Positions 49,765-61,899 of a DNA stretch of 64,000 bases are shown in pieces. The stretch comes from Azolla caroliniana. Lineage: Eukaryota; Plantae; Polypodiophyta. The DNA is taken from the NCBI GenBank assembly GCA_043228905.1, contig JBHGNT010000003.1, positions 16,244,001 to 16,308,000 of the forward strand, in the 5' to 3' direction. The stretch's first letter is position 1. Every line of letters starts with the position of its first letter. Made by a program: the position numbers and the translations under genes. Under the pieces are notes generated by a model. It worked only from the letters and a program-made list of their open reading frames with translations. It made no database searches and had not been told where the DNA came from.

Positions 49765-52700
49765 GTAATTTTTCACGTAGTGTGCGAATTACACTACGAC
49801 ACTCGCCCCCTCCGAACCCGCACATCCTCCGGTATGTGCCGAAGTCCCCGATGCTTGCTATTCACCTTCATCCGAAGCTTCCTCCAATTCTCCCCTTAAG
49901 TCAACTATGAGTTGTAATCCACTTTCCTCGCTTTCCGCATCACCGCGATCTTCGTCCGATTGCTCCTTCTGGTCGGTCTTGTCTAGGATCACATAGGGTT
50001 CTTCTTCTGTCCGCTTCTTGTAAATCTTCACCCGTTTCCCGGCTATAGGCACTCCTAGCGTCGTTCCATCCAACTCGCATAGTCGGTAAGTTCCGTTATC
50101 GAAAACTTTCCGAACCTCATATGGCCCGAACCACCTTTTCGCGAACTTCTGCATCGTTGTATGTTGATGATCCAAACTACTGTCGTAGACAATCACCCAA
50201 TCTCCTTCTTCAATCTTCCGCGGTCGTAGTCGGTGCTTTGTGTCGAACCGGCTTTTATTCCGGAATAGCGCTTCTTGTTGTCGGCGTATTGCTTCCGCTA
50301 TGTCTTCCGGTCTTCCCTCCAGTTGTCATATCCAGACCACTAGTAGTTCTTCCTGGCTCATCTCTTCCTTCCATGGTAGCATTGTCCATGTCGTGATTGC
50401 GGTTTCCGTCGGCATTACCGGTGCTTGTCTAGTCATAAGTTCTGCCGGCATGTAACCGGTTACGGAGCTATGCGTCGTCCGATCCGCCCATAGTGCATAC
50501 GGAAGCATCTGTGGCCAATCCTTCACCCTTCCATCGCATGCTTTGGCAAGTGCTTTGACGATCAGACTATGTCCTCGCTCGACCTTCCCGTTGGCTTCCG
50601 GATTGTAAGCCGTTGTTAGTGTTAACCGAACTCCATGTTTGGCGAAGAATCCCCTAGCTTTATCAGAGTCGAGTTCTCCCCGATCCGCAATCACTTGTCC
50701 TACACACCCGTACCAGCAAAACACTTCTTCCAAAATGAATTGGCATACCGTAGAACACGTTTTCCTCCGTAGCGCCCGACCTTCTACTTGGTTTGTGAGA
50801 TCTTCCTAAGCTAACACCAAGTACTTCTTTTGTCCGATCCCGGTTTGCATGGCTACAATATCGACCATCCATTTGAAGTTGATTGTTGGTGAGAATGTCG
50901 GATGTAGCTCATCTCGGTGTCGAACTCCGGAGTAGATTTGACACTTCTCGCAGCTTTCCGTGAACTCCGCTATATCTTTGTACATGTTCTTCCACCAATA
51001 TTTTTGATTGATTTTCACAAAAGTTGCCCATGTTCCTCGATGTCCAGCCCAATCGGATTCGTGAAATTCGGACATTATCCGGTTTCGTTGCTCTTTCGTC
51101 CCGACTACTCGAAGTGGTATGCCATCCGGTCTTTTCGGCTCCCTCCATAGTAATCCATTTTTCAAGAAGAACTTTCGGAATTGCTGTTTCTTACTTCGGA
51201 TCTTGGCTCTCTTCTATTCATTGTCCGATGATTCCTCGATTTCTCGTAGCATTTTCATGATCAACAAGCTTTCTCCCTCGTATTCTTCTTCCCGGAATTC
51301 TTGGATTATGTCCACCCGGCATATGTGCTCCAAAGCAAAGTAGTCTTCGGAAACTTCTTCATTATCGAATTCGGTTATGTCATCTCCGAACCGCGCCCTT
51401 GACAGCATATCCGCTACAACGTTGTCTTTTCTGGAGATGTGTCTTACCTCCGGATTAAGTGACTTAACATATGCAATCCACCTTAGCATAGCCACATCCG
51501 GTATAGTACTACACCGCATCATCCCGAGTATCGGAAGACAATCCGTTTCGATCACTACTTCGGCTCCGATCAAATAATCTCGATCCGATTTGATTGCCGA
51601 CACGACTCCCCATAATTCTCTTTTAACTTGTGCATATCCGCGTTGACTTTCGTTGAGAACCTTTGCTCCGAATCGGATCAGATATCGCGAACCTTCCAGA
51701 TCGGCTTGATTGATGACCCATCTGATTCCAGTTGGACTTGTGTCAACCGTTACTATGATCGGTTGGTCATAGTTCGGCTTCTTTAGTGCTTCTGCCCTCC
51801 ATAGTGATTTGTTGAGCTTCCTCATGGCTTCGGTGTGTTCCGGTTTCCATTCGAACTTCTTCCCGTTCCGCAACAAGTGATAGAGCGGGTCCACAATATG
51901 TGCGTAGTGCGGAATCCATATGTGATAGAATGCACATGCTCCAAGAAACCTTCAAACCTCGGATTGTGACTCGCATACTTCTTTCATAGCTTGAATCGCA
52001 TTGATCTTAGTTGGTGATGGTCTTCGGCCGTAGGGCCCACATAGATGTCCGACTACCAATATTTCTTCTTGTCCGAATGCCGATTTCTCTCCGGAAAGTG
52101 TTATATGCACATCTTCTAATTTCCGTAACACTTTCTCACAATCACGGATATGGTTGATTACAAACCTTCGGCATCCCCGTTCATCCATAGCTTCATCTTT
52201 TTCTTCCACCGCACACCCTTTCATCGGAATGTCATCTAGGAACGGCATCGTTATCTCCGGTATGCAATCCCGGAATTGGTCATACCCTGAGTATAGGTCT
52301 CCGATGGAGTATATCGCGCGACCAGCAAATGCTTCCGCAAATTCGTCCACTATCAGACCGACTCCGGAGTTCCGGATCGTGACCTTGTTCACCGGTTGCA
52401 AATCTTGAATAAATTGGAGTGACCCATTCTTCTTTAGAACCGTAAACCATCGATTTGAGTACGGAGCATTTGATGGCTCTAGAATCCCCATCGCCACCTT
52501 CTCCTTGAGCAAGTCGATAATTTTCGGAATATGCGCCTGTGGCACCGGAATCAGCTTCAGGTTCCATGGCACATGGTCAATCGTGAAGATCACCATCGGC
52601 TCCACTATCTTCGGGTTAGCGCATCCTATTTCTTTCGATGTAAATGCAAATGCTCTCCCATGTCGCTCTAGCATCCCACGGAATCGTTCTTCTTCATTCT

Positions 52701-53850
52701 TTAATAGGAACCCACCTCCACTGATCCGAAGTTTCTTTCGGGTCTCATCCGTAAAGGCATGTCTGATATCCATGGACTTCCGAAGTGTCGGATCCCCCGA
52801 GACTTCTTTCCTCTTTTGTTCACTATCTGCGGGTAACGGTCCCGCGACTGGTTTCACTTTCTTCTCCATGGTCTTGTATTTCGTACTTACCATTGCTTCT
52901 TCTTTGCAGAGCGCATCCGGCCCCATTTTCACAATGATCTCGTACATCTCGACCGACTCCACTGGAATTACCCGGTTTCCCTGGCTTGTATCTTCCGCGA
53001 GCTCTTCAAACCGTTGTAGTGTGCTCCCATAGAACACCTCTTCGACTATTCCCACGATTTCTTCGTCTTCTTTTATTATTGATGCCGACCGTAACTTATC
53101 CTCCACTTTTCGGTATTCTTTCTTCATTCCTCTGGTTACAGCCGTGTACGTGGATGCCCCATCCGGACCGATTCGTACTTGTTTTGTACCAAGAGGTTTC
53201 CTCCTATGTGGGGTATCAGGGCTTCTCGGACTATCACTTCCCCACTCCGCAACAGTCCGCTCTAAAAATGCTCTCTCTTGTTCCTTTCATGATTTGCGAG
53301 CACCGTTAGGAATTGGATGGATTTCCCTCCGTTTTGGCTCCGAATTCGCGCAAAAGCCGCACCGCTATCTAGCACCTTCGTCTCCATACATGATGCCATG
53401 ATAAAAGGTTGCCCGAGGATCACGAAATGTGAGACCTCGTCTTGTACGAAGAAATTTTGGTCAATCTCGACATCCCCGATCTTCACCGTCACATCCTGAC
53501 AAGCCGCAAATAGATCTTCCATTGCTTTAGTGGCCGCCCGGATCTTCTACCCATGATTCGTGTTAATAGGCCACTTACCCTTCCGGTAGAATTCCTTGGA
53601 CATCAAGTTGATCTCCGATCCGTGATCAATCAATGCTAGCACGGGTTCTTTGATGTTACCAATTCGGACTGGAGTCTCCGTAGTTGCGCGTGCCCAATGT
53701 GGCTTTGTGTAGAGAGAATTCGGTATTTCGTCCTCCAATTCGGTGTCATTCATTAGAACGGTATTTGCACTCACCCTTGGAGCGTTCTCCTCCGTACTTT
53801 TCCATTTTCTCTTCACGAGATCCACAAGAAGATCGTGGAACTCCTTCTTC
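49765..53850 (-). mobile_element. Truncated Ty3/gypsy H (PR-RT-RH-INT, PPT, first ~35 bp of 3' LTR); autonomous relative of G
   Basis: ALIDHGSEIN, DLYSGYDQF, FLDD, GHRGTWATF, WFGPY. 49770-49858 closely matches G 5471-5560. Confidence 0.88.
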
Positions 53851-54197
53851 CCCTCTATCTCTAGTACTAATCCTGACAATACTCTCTCTCTCTCTCTCTC
53901 TCACTTTTCTCTTTCTCTAGTAGTAATCCTGTCTCTAGTACTAATCTTGACAATACTCTCTATCACTTTTCTCTATCTCTAGTACTAATCCTTGTTATCT
54001 CCCTTTTGGAGAAACACCTTCAATTACTTTTCCTGGGTAATCGGGTCACGAAATTGTGGTCGCGTAAGAGACTAAGGTAGGGCCTAGCCGAGCCGAAACC
54101 CATGACCACGGGGCTGATCCACCTCTGTGTACAACATCATGTTGTCGGTGTGTGTGCTTGTTGATGCACCCACGTGATTCTCCTCTATTAGGAGCAT

Positions 54198-55248
54198 CTA
54201 CTGTAAGTCGAAAAACGAGGGCGTATTCTTCCTTGTACAGATCGCCGTCCGGAATGCTCCGAACATTGATGCCAAGCCCCCAAGACAAACTTGCACTATC
54301 TCATCTACCCCGATGGTTATGTTGATAGAGGCAAGTGAGTTGCATATGTCTTTGATCTGGGCCATATAGTCGGCCATCGACATGTCCTTCTGTCGGACAT
54401 TGCTCAACTCCGGTCGGAGTTGTAGGTTCCGGGCTGTGGTGCTTGCGGCGAAGACCTTCTTCAAGATTTGCCAAGCTTCCTTCGAAGTCTTCACCAAACC
54501 TGATCGCCGACACTGGGTGCAATTTAGTACATAACTCTGCTTGCTGCTTGTTCCCAAGTCGGAACGTCCTTGTTTGCCACATCAGGCGTCGGATCGTTAG
54601 CTCCGTCGACATAACTCCAACAGCCATGCCAGAGCAGGTACTAGTGCATCTTGTACGTCCAAGATGCGTAGTTGGATCTGTCAAGCTTCTTCGTTACGAG
54701 CGAGGTAACGATTCCTCGGTCCATTCTCTCCTTTCTGTTCTTTATTGGGTGCTAGCGTTTGTCTGTGCACGTCACGTGTCGACAACAGAGGATTTTCAAC
54801 CCTCGCACTATGATACCATGTAAAAGATAATGTGTTGAAGCTAAGACAAAACCAACTAGTCCGGATAACAACAGAACACAGAATAGAGGTTTAATGGAGA
54901 GCTTGAATACATGGGAGAGAGAGAGACCAGAACAGTGAAATTAATTCAAAAATAACACTCTGTACATAGAATGTGCTCAATGAGCACTTTTATACAAGTC
55001 CTTAAACGGACTAACAAAACTATTGACATGTACTTCAATGCTCATACGAGTGACTGACATTGAGTCCTAAAAATATGCCTACGCACTAGGCTAGATTCGT
55101 AGGCCTCTAACTGCCTACCGGTTACAATCCGATCTGGCTCTAGGTTCAGGATACCATCCGGACACCGATCTGGTTCTTCATTCCGGAATCAGATCCGGCT
55201 CTAGCTTGTTCAGCCGATCCGGATTCGGTTGAGCTTGTTCGCTCAACA
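54198..55248 (-). mobile_element. Copia E-family 5' LTR (54819-55248), PBS and gag fragment
   Basis: PBS TGGTATCATAG 54818-54808; gag LASINITIGVDEIVQVCLGGL resembles 37417-37653. Confidence 0.8.
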
Positions 55249-55506
55249 CACGAGCTAAAGTCAAATGTGATGGGACGTAGATCTATAGAAATGAAAAACG
55301 TTGCATGTAAAAAATAGGACAATAAAATATCAAGCTTCCTTCTTAGATAAGTAAGAAGGATTTTAAGGTTCATGTTGATATGGGGCAAACATCAATGCAT
55401 TGTCCATTGAGATTTTAGTATGCTTGCACTTCAAAACATTCTAAGGCTATATTTTTAAATATCTCACCAAAATAGATGGTGTGATTGTGAATTGTTTGTT
55501 TGGGAT

Positions 55507-55610
55507 TGTCAAAGTAAACGTGCGGAAAAGTTTGACAAACCGGCTCAGCCGGATAGCAACAAAAGATGAAAGGAAAACTCAACACACACAAAGAGTACGC
55601 GTACCCAGGA

Positions 55611-55651
<41 letters not shown>

Positions 55652-56939
55652 CAGAACATAAACTCAATTCAAAATAATACTCTCAATTTCTGTGTACTTA
55701 GAATGTGCTCAGAGATAGGACAAATCAGGATCCCACATTATATAAATAGAGCCATATCTCTTTATATTTTATCTATGTGTTAGGAGCACAAAAAGGTTGG
55801 GTTGTATAACCTAGATGAATGGATGCGGGCAAGTTGTTCAAAATAGTTTTGAAGAACCGGAACAGACGGAAGGACGACGATGGAACCAGACTGGCCAGAC
55901 GAACGGATTGATCGGATGTGAAATGAACAAAATCGTCTAGACCAAAAAACCTAGGAAAAATTTGTATACAAAGGGATGCAAGCAAGCCTTTAACCTTGCA
56001 CCTCCAAGATAGGAGGCAATAAACTTACCACTAAACCAAGTCATTTCTCTAGAAATGTTTTTTCTATCATTATAATTTCACATGTAATTCTCATATTAGA
56101 GCTTGAATGAGTGACATGGTTATCATGCATCACATGTTACAATACATGAGCACCAAATGGAAAACATGCATTCCATGCATTGAATGCATGGCTTGTACCC
56201 TCACATGCGTCATATGCATGGGGGCATCTATAAAAGAGTGGATGAAAAATATCAAAGGGAGCGATGTATGAATGAAGAATTTAATAAGAAGAAAATGCGT
56301 TATCCAATTGATGATATAGCATGTTCTTCAAATCTAATGTCAAGTGTTCAATATTAATCTCTCTCTCCATTTCAATCTCTCTCAATCTAAAGTGAAGCGT
56401 TCTATCTTATCTCAATCTCTCTCTTTCAATTTATCTTAAATACTTTCTTGCTAAAGCTACTACAAACTTCGAATCATTCCGGTCCAGAACCTTGGCGGTT
56501 CCGCCTCACGATCCGCACATAGTGACGGATTTTTCACGACACTATCTCTTCGGTTCCTTGCGCGGGGAGAGCACGACAGAGTCTCCACTACTCGCCGGTT
56601 CTTCATCTGATTGGTCATCCTGACTCAACCGCTCATTAGGTCCACTTAGGCGGAATGAGATTAGACTCTCCTCTAGAGTGCCGAAGTCTTCATCGTCTTC
56701 CTGGACCTCCTCAGGCTCACTAGCCTCATCTTGTGGAATCGGCTCTTCGTCGGGAGTTGGAATCGGTAGGGTGTACCATGATGCTAACTCATCAAACTCG
56801 ACATCTCGACTTGTACATGTTTAGTCCGGATATTATTTGGCTCTCTGATTCGGCTCTTGGTTCCAGATACCATCCGGATACCGATCCGGCTCTGGCTTAT
56901 TCAGCCGATCCGGATCCGGTTGAGCTTGCTCGCTGAACA
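55507..56939 (-). mobile_element. Deleted copia relic containing a truncated B-type gypsy LTR (~55711-56541, +)
   Basis: TG...CA ends with TSD GGGAT (55502-55506, 56940-56944). Inner LTR ends TTCACGACA and carries the tRNA-like module at ~55985-56038. Confidence 0.75.
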
Positions 56940-57349
56940 GGGATCAATGACTAGTGAAATATTCTAGACAACAAAAGGACATGTTGGTTAATGTCTACAT
57001 TATGTCCTTCTAATACACTCCCAAGTATTTGTAGTTTGAGTCATCGGATTTACCAAAAAGGAAACGTATGATCACACCTAGCTTAGAATGACTTGTTTTC
57101 CTTTGCTAAGGGGAACCTTGTGTTGAACATTAATGTTTGATGCTTGTACATCCGAAGCATAAAAAGGACACACCACAACCTTATTAGGATCTAGAACAAC
57201 TAAAGTATGTATTAGCAAACAGAATGCTCATGTGCCAAGCAGTGGTCCTTACCCCCTATAACCAATTAGTAAGCTTCGTGCAACAAAAACCCAGAACATG
57301 GGCCACTCTAATGCTTGAACCTAGAGTTTTTTCAATGAGTGTAACATCT

Positions 57350-58690
57350 TTTGAGTGATAGGTCATGGACATGAATAGCTTGAATCAACTAAAATATATA
57401 GGAGTGCTCGGACACAACCGAGTCCCAATCCCACGATGGAAGAAAAAGAAACCAGAAATAAGATGACACAGAATGTTAACATTGTCGTGAAGATTTTCGT
57501 CCACAAGCGGAAACCCGAGCAACGAGAGCCAAAGAGCGATGTGCAACGTTGCACACGTACATAATGTATTTGTAATAGTAATAAAGGTATAAAGGTGATG
57601 TGGTTGTACGCACATCCACGCGCGCGAGAGAGAGAGGTACTATGCGGTACATAGGTACCTAGTTGTTTGTGAGGAGGTGGGAGTTAAGGGGCCATCAATC
57701 TCACCCTCCCCCAAATCAAGGCAAATATCCCCTTTGAATGAAAGGGGATATTTTAGTCTCACTTTTGTAATCAGTCTTCCCTCCTTGTGCTATAAAAGGA
57801 GAGAGAAGGCACCATTGTGGGGGTTGCCTATTTTGTGTGAGTAAGGTATACCACTTAGTCGAGGGTTCTACTTCTTCCCATTTCGTTTTAAGGTTAGGGT
57901 TTCGGTTAGGGTTTTCTTCTTGGGTTTTCCTTTAGGGTTTTTCATATAGTCGTTTGGTGCGGCCATGGTGGCCACCATTTTTGTTGTAATCATTCATTTC
58001 TTAATAGAACTTCTTGTTGAGTATCTTGATTGCATCTTCTTCTTCTATCATAATGTCATATTCGTTCTCTTCTCCTCTTTAGCTAATCTTTCTCCTCCAC
58101 TCCCTAGTCCAAGACCCCCGTGGTCCCGCCTTTCTCCACGCACGCACGTAACAACACGACATATTTGGTAAACCCTAATCGGGAAAAACCACGGGAGTTC
58201 TTAGAGCTTGGAACAGAATCACTATAGAGGAGAGGTACAACAGTATGAGTCTCACAGGCAACGACCTCGAGCTTTACCTTCGCCAACCAACAGTTACAAC
58301 AAAAACACTTTCTCTATCTATCTCTCTCACTGTCTTTTACTCTACAACAAGAATGATAATAACAACATCATGACCCACTACCCATTTGCCCTAGTTAATT
58401 TATACACATATAACTTACAGGCTATTTATAAATGTAGCCTCAACGGCCCATAAGAAACATATTTACAAATTTGTCTCTCCTCCGATTCACACTGGATCTA
58501 GTCGGACCCCTTCCGGATATCCTTCTAGATACTCTGATCCGGCTCGTTCTTCTCCGGCTTCTCAAATCCCCATCCGGAGGGACTGGTATCTCAACAATCT
58601 CCCCCTTCATTCTAGTATGGGGACTTTGTCAGTCTGATCCGTCTTCGGCACGTGTCCAGCTTGTCGGCTAACAACACTTTGGTCAATAAA
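57350..58690 (-). mobile_element. Copia A-family LTR (to 58596), PPT and RNase H tail, split by a gypsy LTR
   Basis: AAACCCTAA..GGGAAAAACCACGGG and CCCATCCGGAGGGAC..TCAACA, followed by ATCTCCCCCTT. Confidence 0.7.
57483..58161 (+). repeat. Gypsy LTR of another tRNA-Trp-group family
   Basis: TGTCGTGAAGATTTTCG...CACGACA followed by PBS-like TATTTGGTAAACCC. Confidence 0.7.
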
Positions 58691-59480
58691 GCGGAAGTGT
58701 ATGAGGATCTGTTTGAGTTCGTACTCAAAAAACAACAGAGAAAGAGAAGCAAAGATATACACAGTTTAAAGCTTTAATGGAAGCTTTATTACATTCTCTC
58801 TCTATCTCTCTCTCTCTCTGTCTCTCTCTATCTCTCTCTCTCTCTCTTAGAGACTCGATATCTGATATATGATCAAGAAGATTGTTCTTTACAACATTAG
58901 GTTATTGCTTATATACTAAGCCCTAACTATGTGGACGAGTTCACACTAGAATACAAAGTGGAGGGAGTCGGCCTTTTATGCCAAAACACTCCCCCTTAAA
59001 AGGACTACTCTTTCCTACATGTACATGTGTTTGGGGTTGTTTCCCCTGTAAACTTAGATTATAACACTAATCTAGATTTATGTTATAAGTCGGTCGGCAT
59101 ATAGTCAAGTCGGCATGGGTGAGGTCCGTGTTGAGCCTAGCATGGCTCACTATCATGATTGATTCGGTCTACTCTTACCTTCTGCTCCTCATTCGACTTT
59201 CTTTTGCTCGGTTTCTTGTCGTAGTGCCATCTTTGTCCTTAGTGCTCCGAAGTGTTGATCTGGGTGTGGCTTTGTCAGGCAATCGACGATGTTCATCTCA
59301 GTGTCAATCTTCCGAACTTCGAGCTTCTTCTCGGTTGTGAGCTCCCGGATGTGATGATACCGCACCTCAATATGCTTCTCCTTTACTTGATAGATGGGAT
59401 TGTTGATGAGGTTTATTGCACTTTGTCAATCGCAATAGATGGTTGGTGTAGGTCGGTTGGTTTGGCTTATAGCTGAAAAG
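58690..59480 (-). mobile_element. Copia LTR/PPT and internal remnant
   Basis: LTR-like segment with CT microsatellite, CACTCCCCCTT at ~58988, and HHIRELTTEKKLEVRK (RNase H tail) on the minus strand. Confidence 0.55.
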
Positions 59481-59834
59481 TCCGTATCTCCCCTTTTATA
59501 GCACAAAGGAAAGACGGTTACATCAGCATTGATGACAGCCGTTCCTGTCAGCAATCCCTCACAAGATTCACTCCCATCATATCCTATTATTCCCCTCTTT
59601 TTGTGGGATCCTTAAAGTACCGAATAACTATCTTTGTCTAATACATATATGTTTATGTACATAAGCCCTAGTTCGTGTGCATCCTTGCACACCCCTGTTC
59701 ACGCGCATCCGGCTCTCTTTTCTCTTATGGCCGGAAAATCAGATTGTAAAGCCCTTGCTTACATCACAGAGTTAATATAAAGTCTTTGTAACAAACTTTG
59801 AACTTTAACTTATCAAACTATGGTATAACCTAAC

Positions 59835-60468
59835 CTGAGCAGGTACTGCCAGTATTCCAACAGGCATCGGTTCATCATTCTCTGCAAACATATTCCTGCA
59901 AACAGAACAAGATCATGTATTTCATCATCTTGAGTATGGTTTGCAGCATGTACAACAGATTATTCAACTATATTTTCCCAAAATAATTGCATCAAAACAT
60001 TCTCACAATCAGGCTCTACATAGAATAATCTCAAAGAGCCATCTGATCTGTTTATTCACTAGGAATTAAGTGTGCTCTCCTACCTCCAAAGGGCTTTAGC
60101 AAGCTCATCTCTAGCAGCCTCAGGCTTCATGGCTGTATCATATGCAACTACAGACCCATAGAATATCTTCTCAAGTTCTTTCATCCATTTTGAAAACAAC
60201 ATTTTCACCTGTCTTGAAACAACAAATATTGTGGTTAGGGCCCTAATTTATGGAAAACAAAGAAGGTATAGTATAAACAGATTTGGATTGTGGCTACGAA
60301 CCCCTGCTGCCACTACACGTCTTTCTAGGTCTTCATTATAAACTTCATACAAGGCTTGCCCAAAATCTGACCCATCCTTTTCTTCTGATCGAAGCCTGAC
60401 CAAGCACATCCATACGTGTAGTACCAGCATAGCATGTGTTGTTCGAAAACATTTTTCTAAACCAAATG
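59835..60468 (-). CDS. Ubiquinol-cytochrome c reductase chaperone (CBP3/UQCC1-like), three internal exons: 60468-60302, 60208-60084, 59895-59835
   Basis: FGLEKCFRTTHAMLVLHVWMCLVRLRSEEKDGSDFGQALYEVYNEDLERRVVAAG / VKMLFSKWMKELEKIFYGSVVAYD...LWR / NMFAE. GT-AG introns in phase, no stops. First and last exons not confidently located. Confidence 0.78.
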
Positions 60469-61282
60469 CTGTTAATCACCAAAAAATACTTTATTTAGCA
60501 TGCACTAGTATACTTCATCACAAACTTGGCTAGGATTCTTACAGAGGGAGCTTCATGACTTAACTCTAAAATCAAGGGGAGTATGCTATTATGATATGAT
60601 AAAAGAAGATATATTAAACTAATGTACAAACAGGACAGCATGAGGAGCAAAAACTGCAAAAATATGATGACTTCAATAAATGAGCTGTGAGAGAAAACAC
60701 AATGCATTTATAATAACATCTACATGGAGCCAACAAGTTGAGCTATGGGATCAAGCCAATACCTAAAGGATTTACATTGCACTTGCCAACAGCATGAAAT
60801 AAAAAAAAAGATAAAATGCAAAATACTAATAATATCTATCACTACTTTTCTGATTTTAGGACTTGAACTCGTTTGTAATTACGTATGTAGATTTGGTATC
60901 TCTGGCATAGTGATTATATCATTGTGATGGGGTTTCGTTTCATCTCTTTTTTTGTGATAATTGTGAGTGAGTATCATTTCAACTCTTTTATAAATAGTAA
61001 GTTCTATTATCATTGTCTAATGACATATATATTCTGGTTGTGTCTCGTTTAGACGCTTCTACGTTTAAAATTAGCGATTTTCATCGTACTAAAGCTTTTG
61101 CGCAATTTTGTTTCAGATATTGTAAGGCTTGTACTAAGGTTTTCCTCGAAAATCTTCAATACCTCTCTTTTTCCAGCAAAAAGAGACTATACTATACATC
61201 CAAAAGGATACACAAATAGGTACATGCTCACATGAACATTGCAGGGTTCTTCGTGGATCACCAAGAAAACAAGCCTTATACT

Positions 61283-61324
<42 letters not shown>

Positions 61325-61899
61325 ATTTTGTTCCCAAAGGCCAAGTTCAACCTCCAAAGAATATTAATATATGGCCGGCCTACATCATCAACCATGACAT
61401 AGCAAAATTCTTGAGCCCAAGGGTCACCAATCACCTTCAGACAAAGTGTAGAAAACATACATTTTCTTTGGTTCCATATCTCATATTTGAACTCCGAAAT
61501 GATAGTAAAACTTAGGTATCTATCTATGTCAAGAATGTTAACTTAGGGTTCCCCTGGATCACCAGCGATGACCTATCCCCCTTCTAATACAACAATTAGC
61601 AGAAGCATAGCAAGTAAGTTGTCCGTGAAGGTAGACCAGGTCTACTACTAATAATGCTCAACGGCATCCGCTCAGTCGCCCTGACGGGCTTCAACCTCCT
61701 CCACATTGGAAGGATGGACGTCACACCACTGCAACAATCTGTGAGGCTCTCGGAGTTCCTACTGGGAGGAGGAGGAGGAGGAGCACTCGTGGCGGTGCTT
61801 GCGTATCACGAGCTTTGCACATGGCATGAGGTGATGTGGGAAGGCAACGGATTTCGACGAGATCTTTGCCTCGGTAGTCAAGATGATAAATCGATCACC

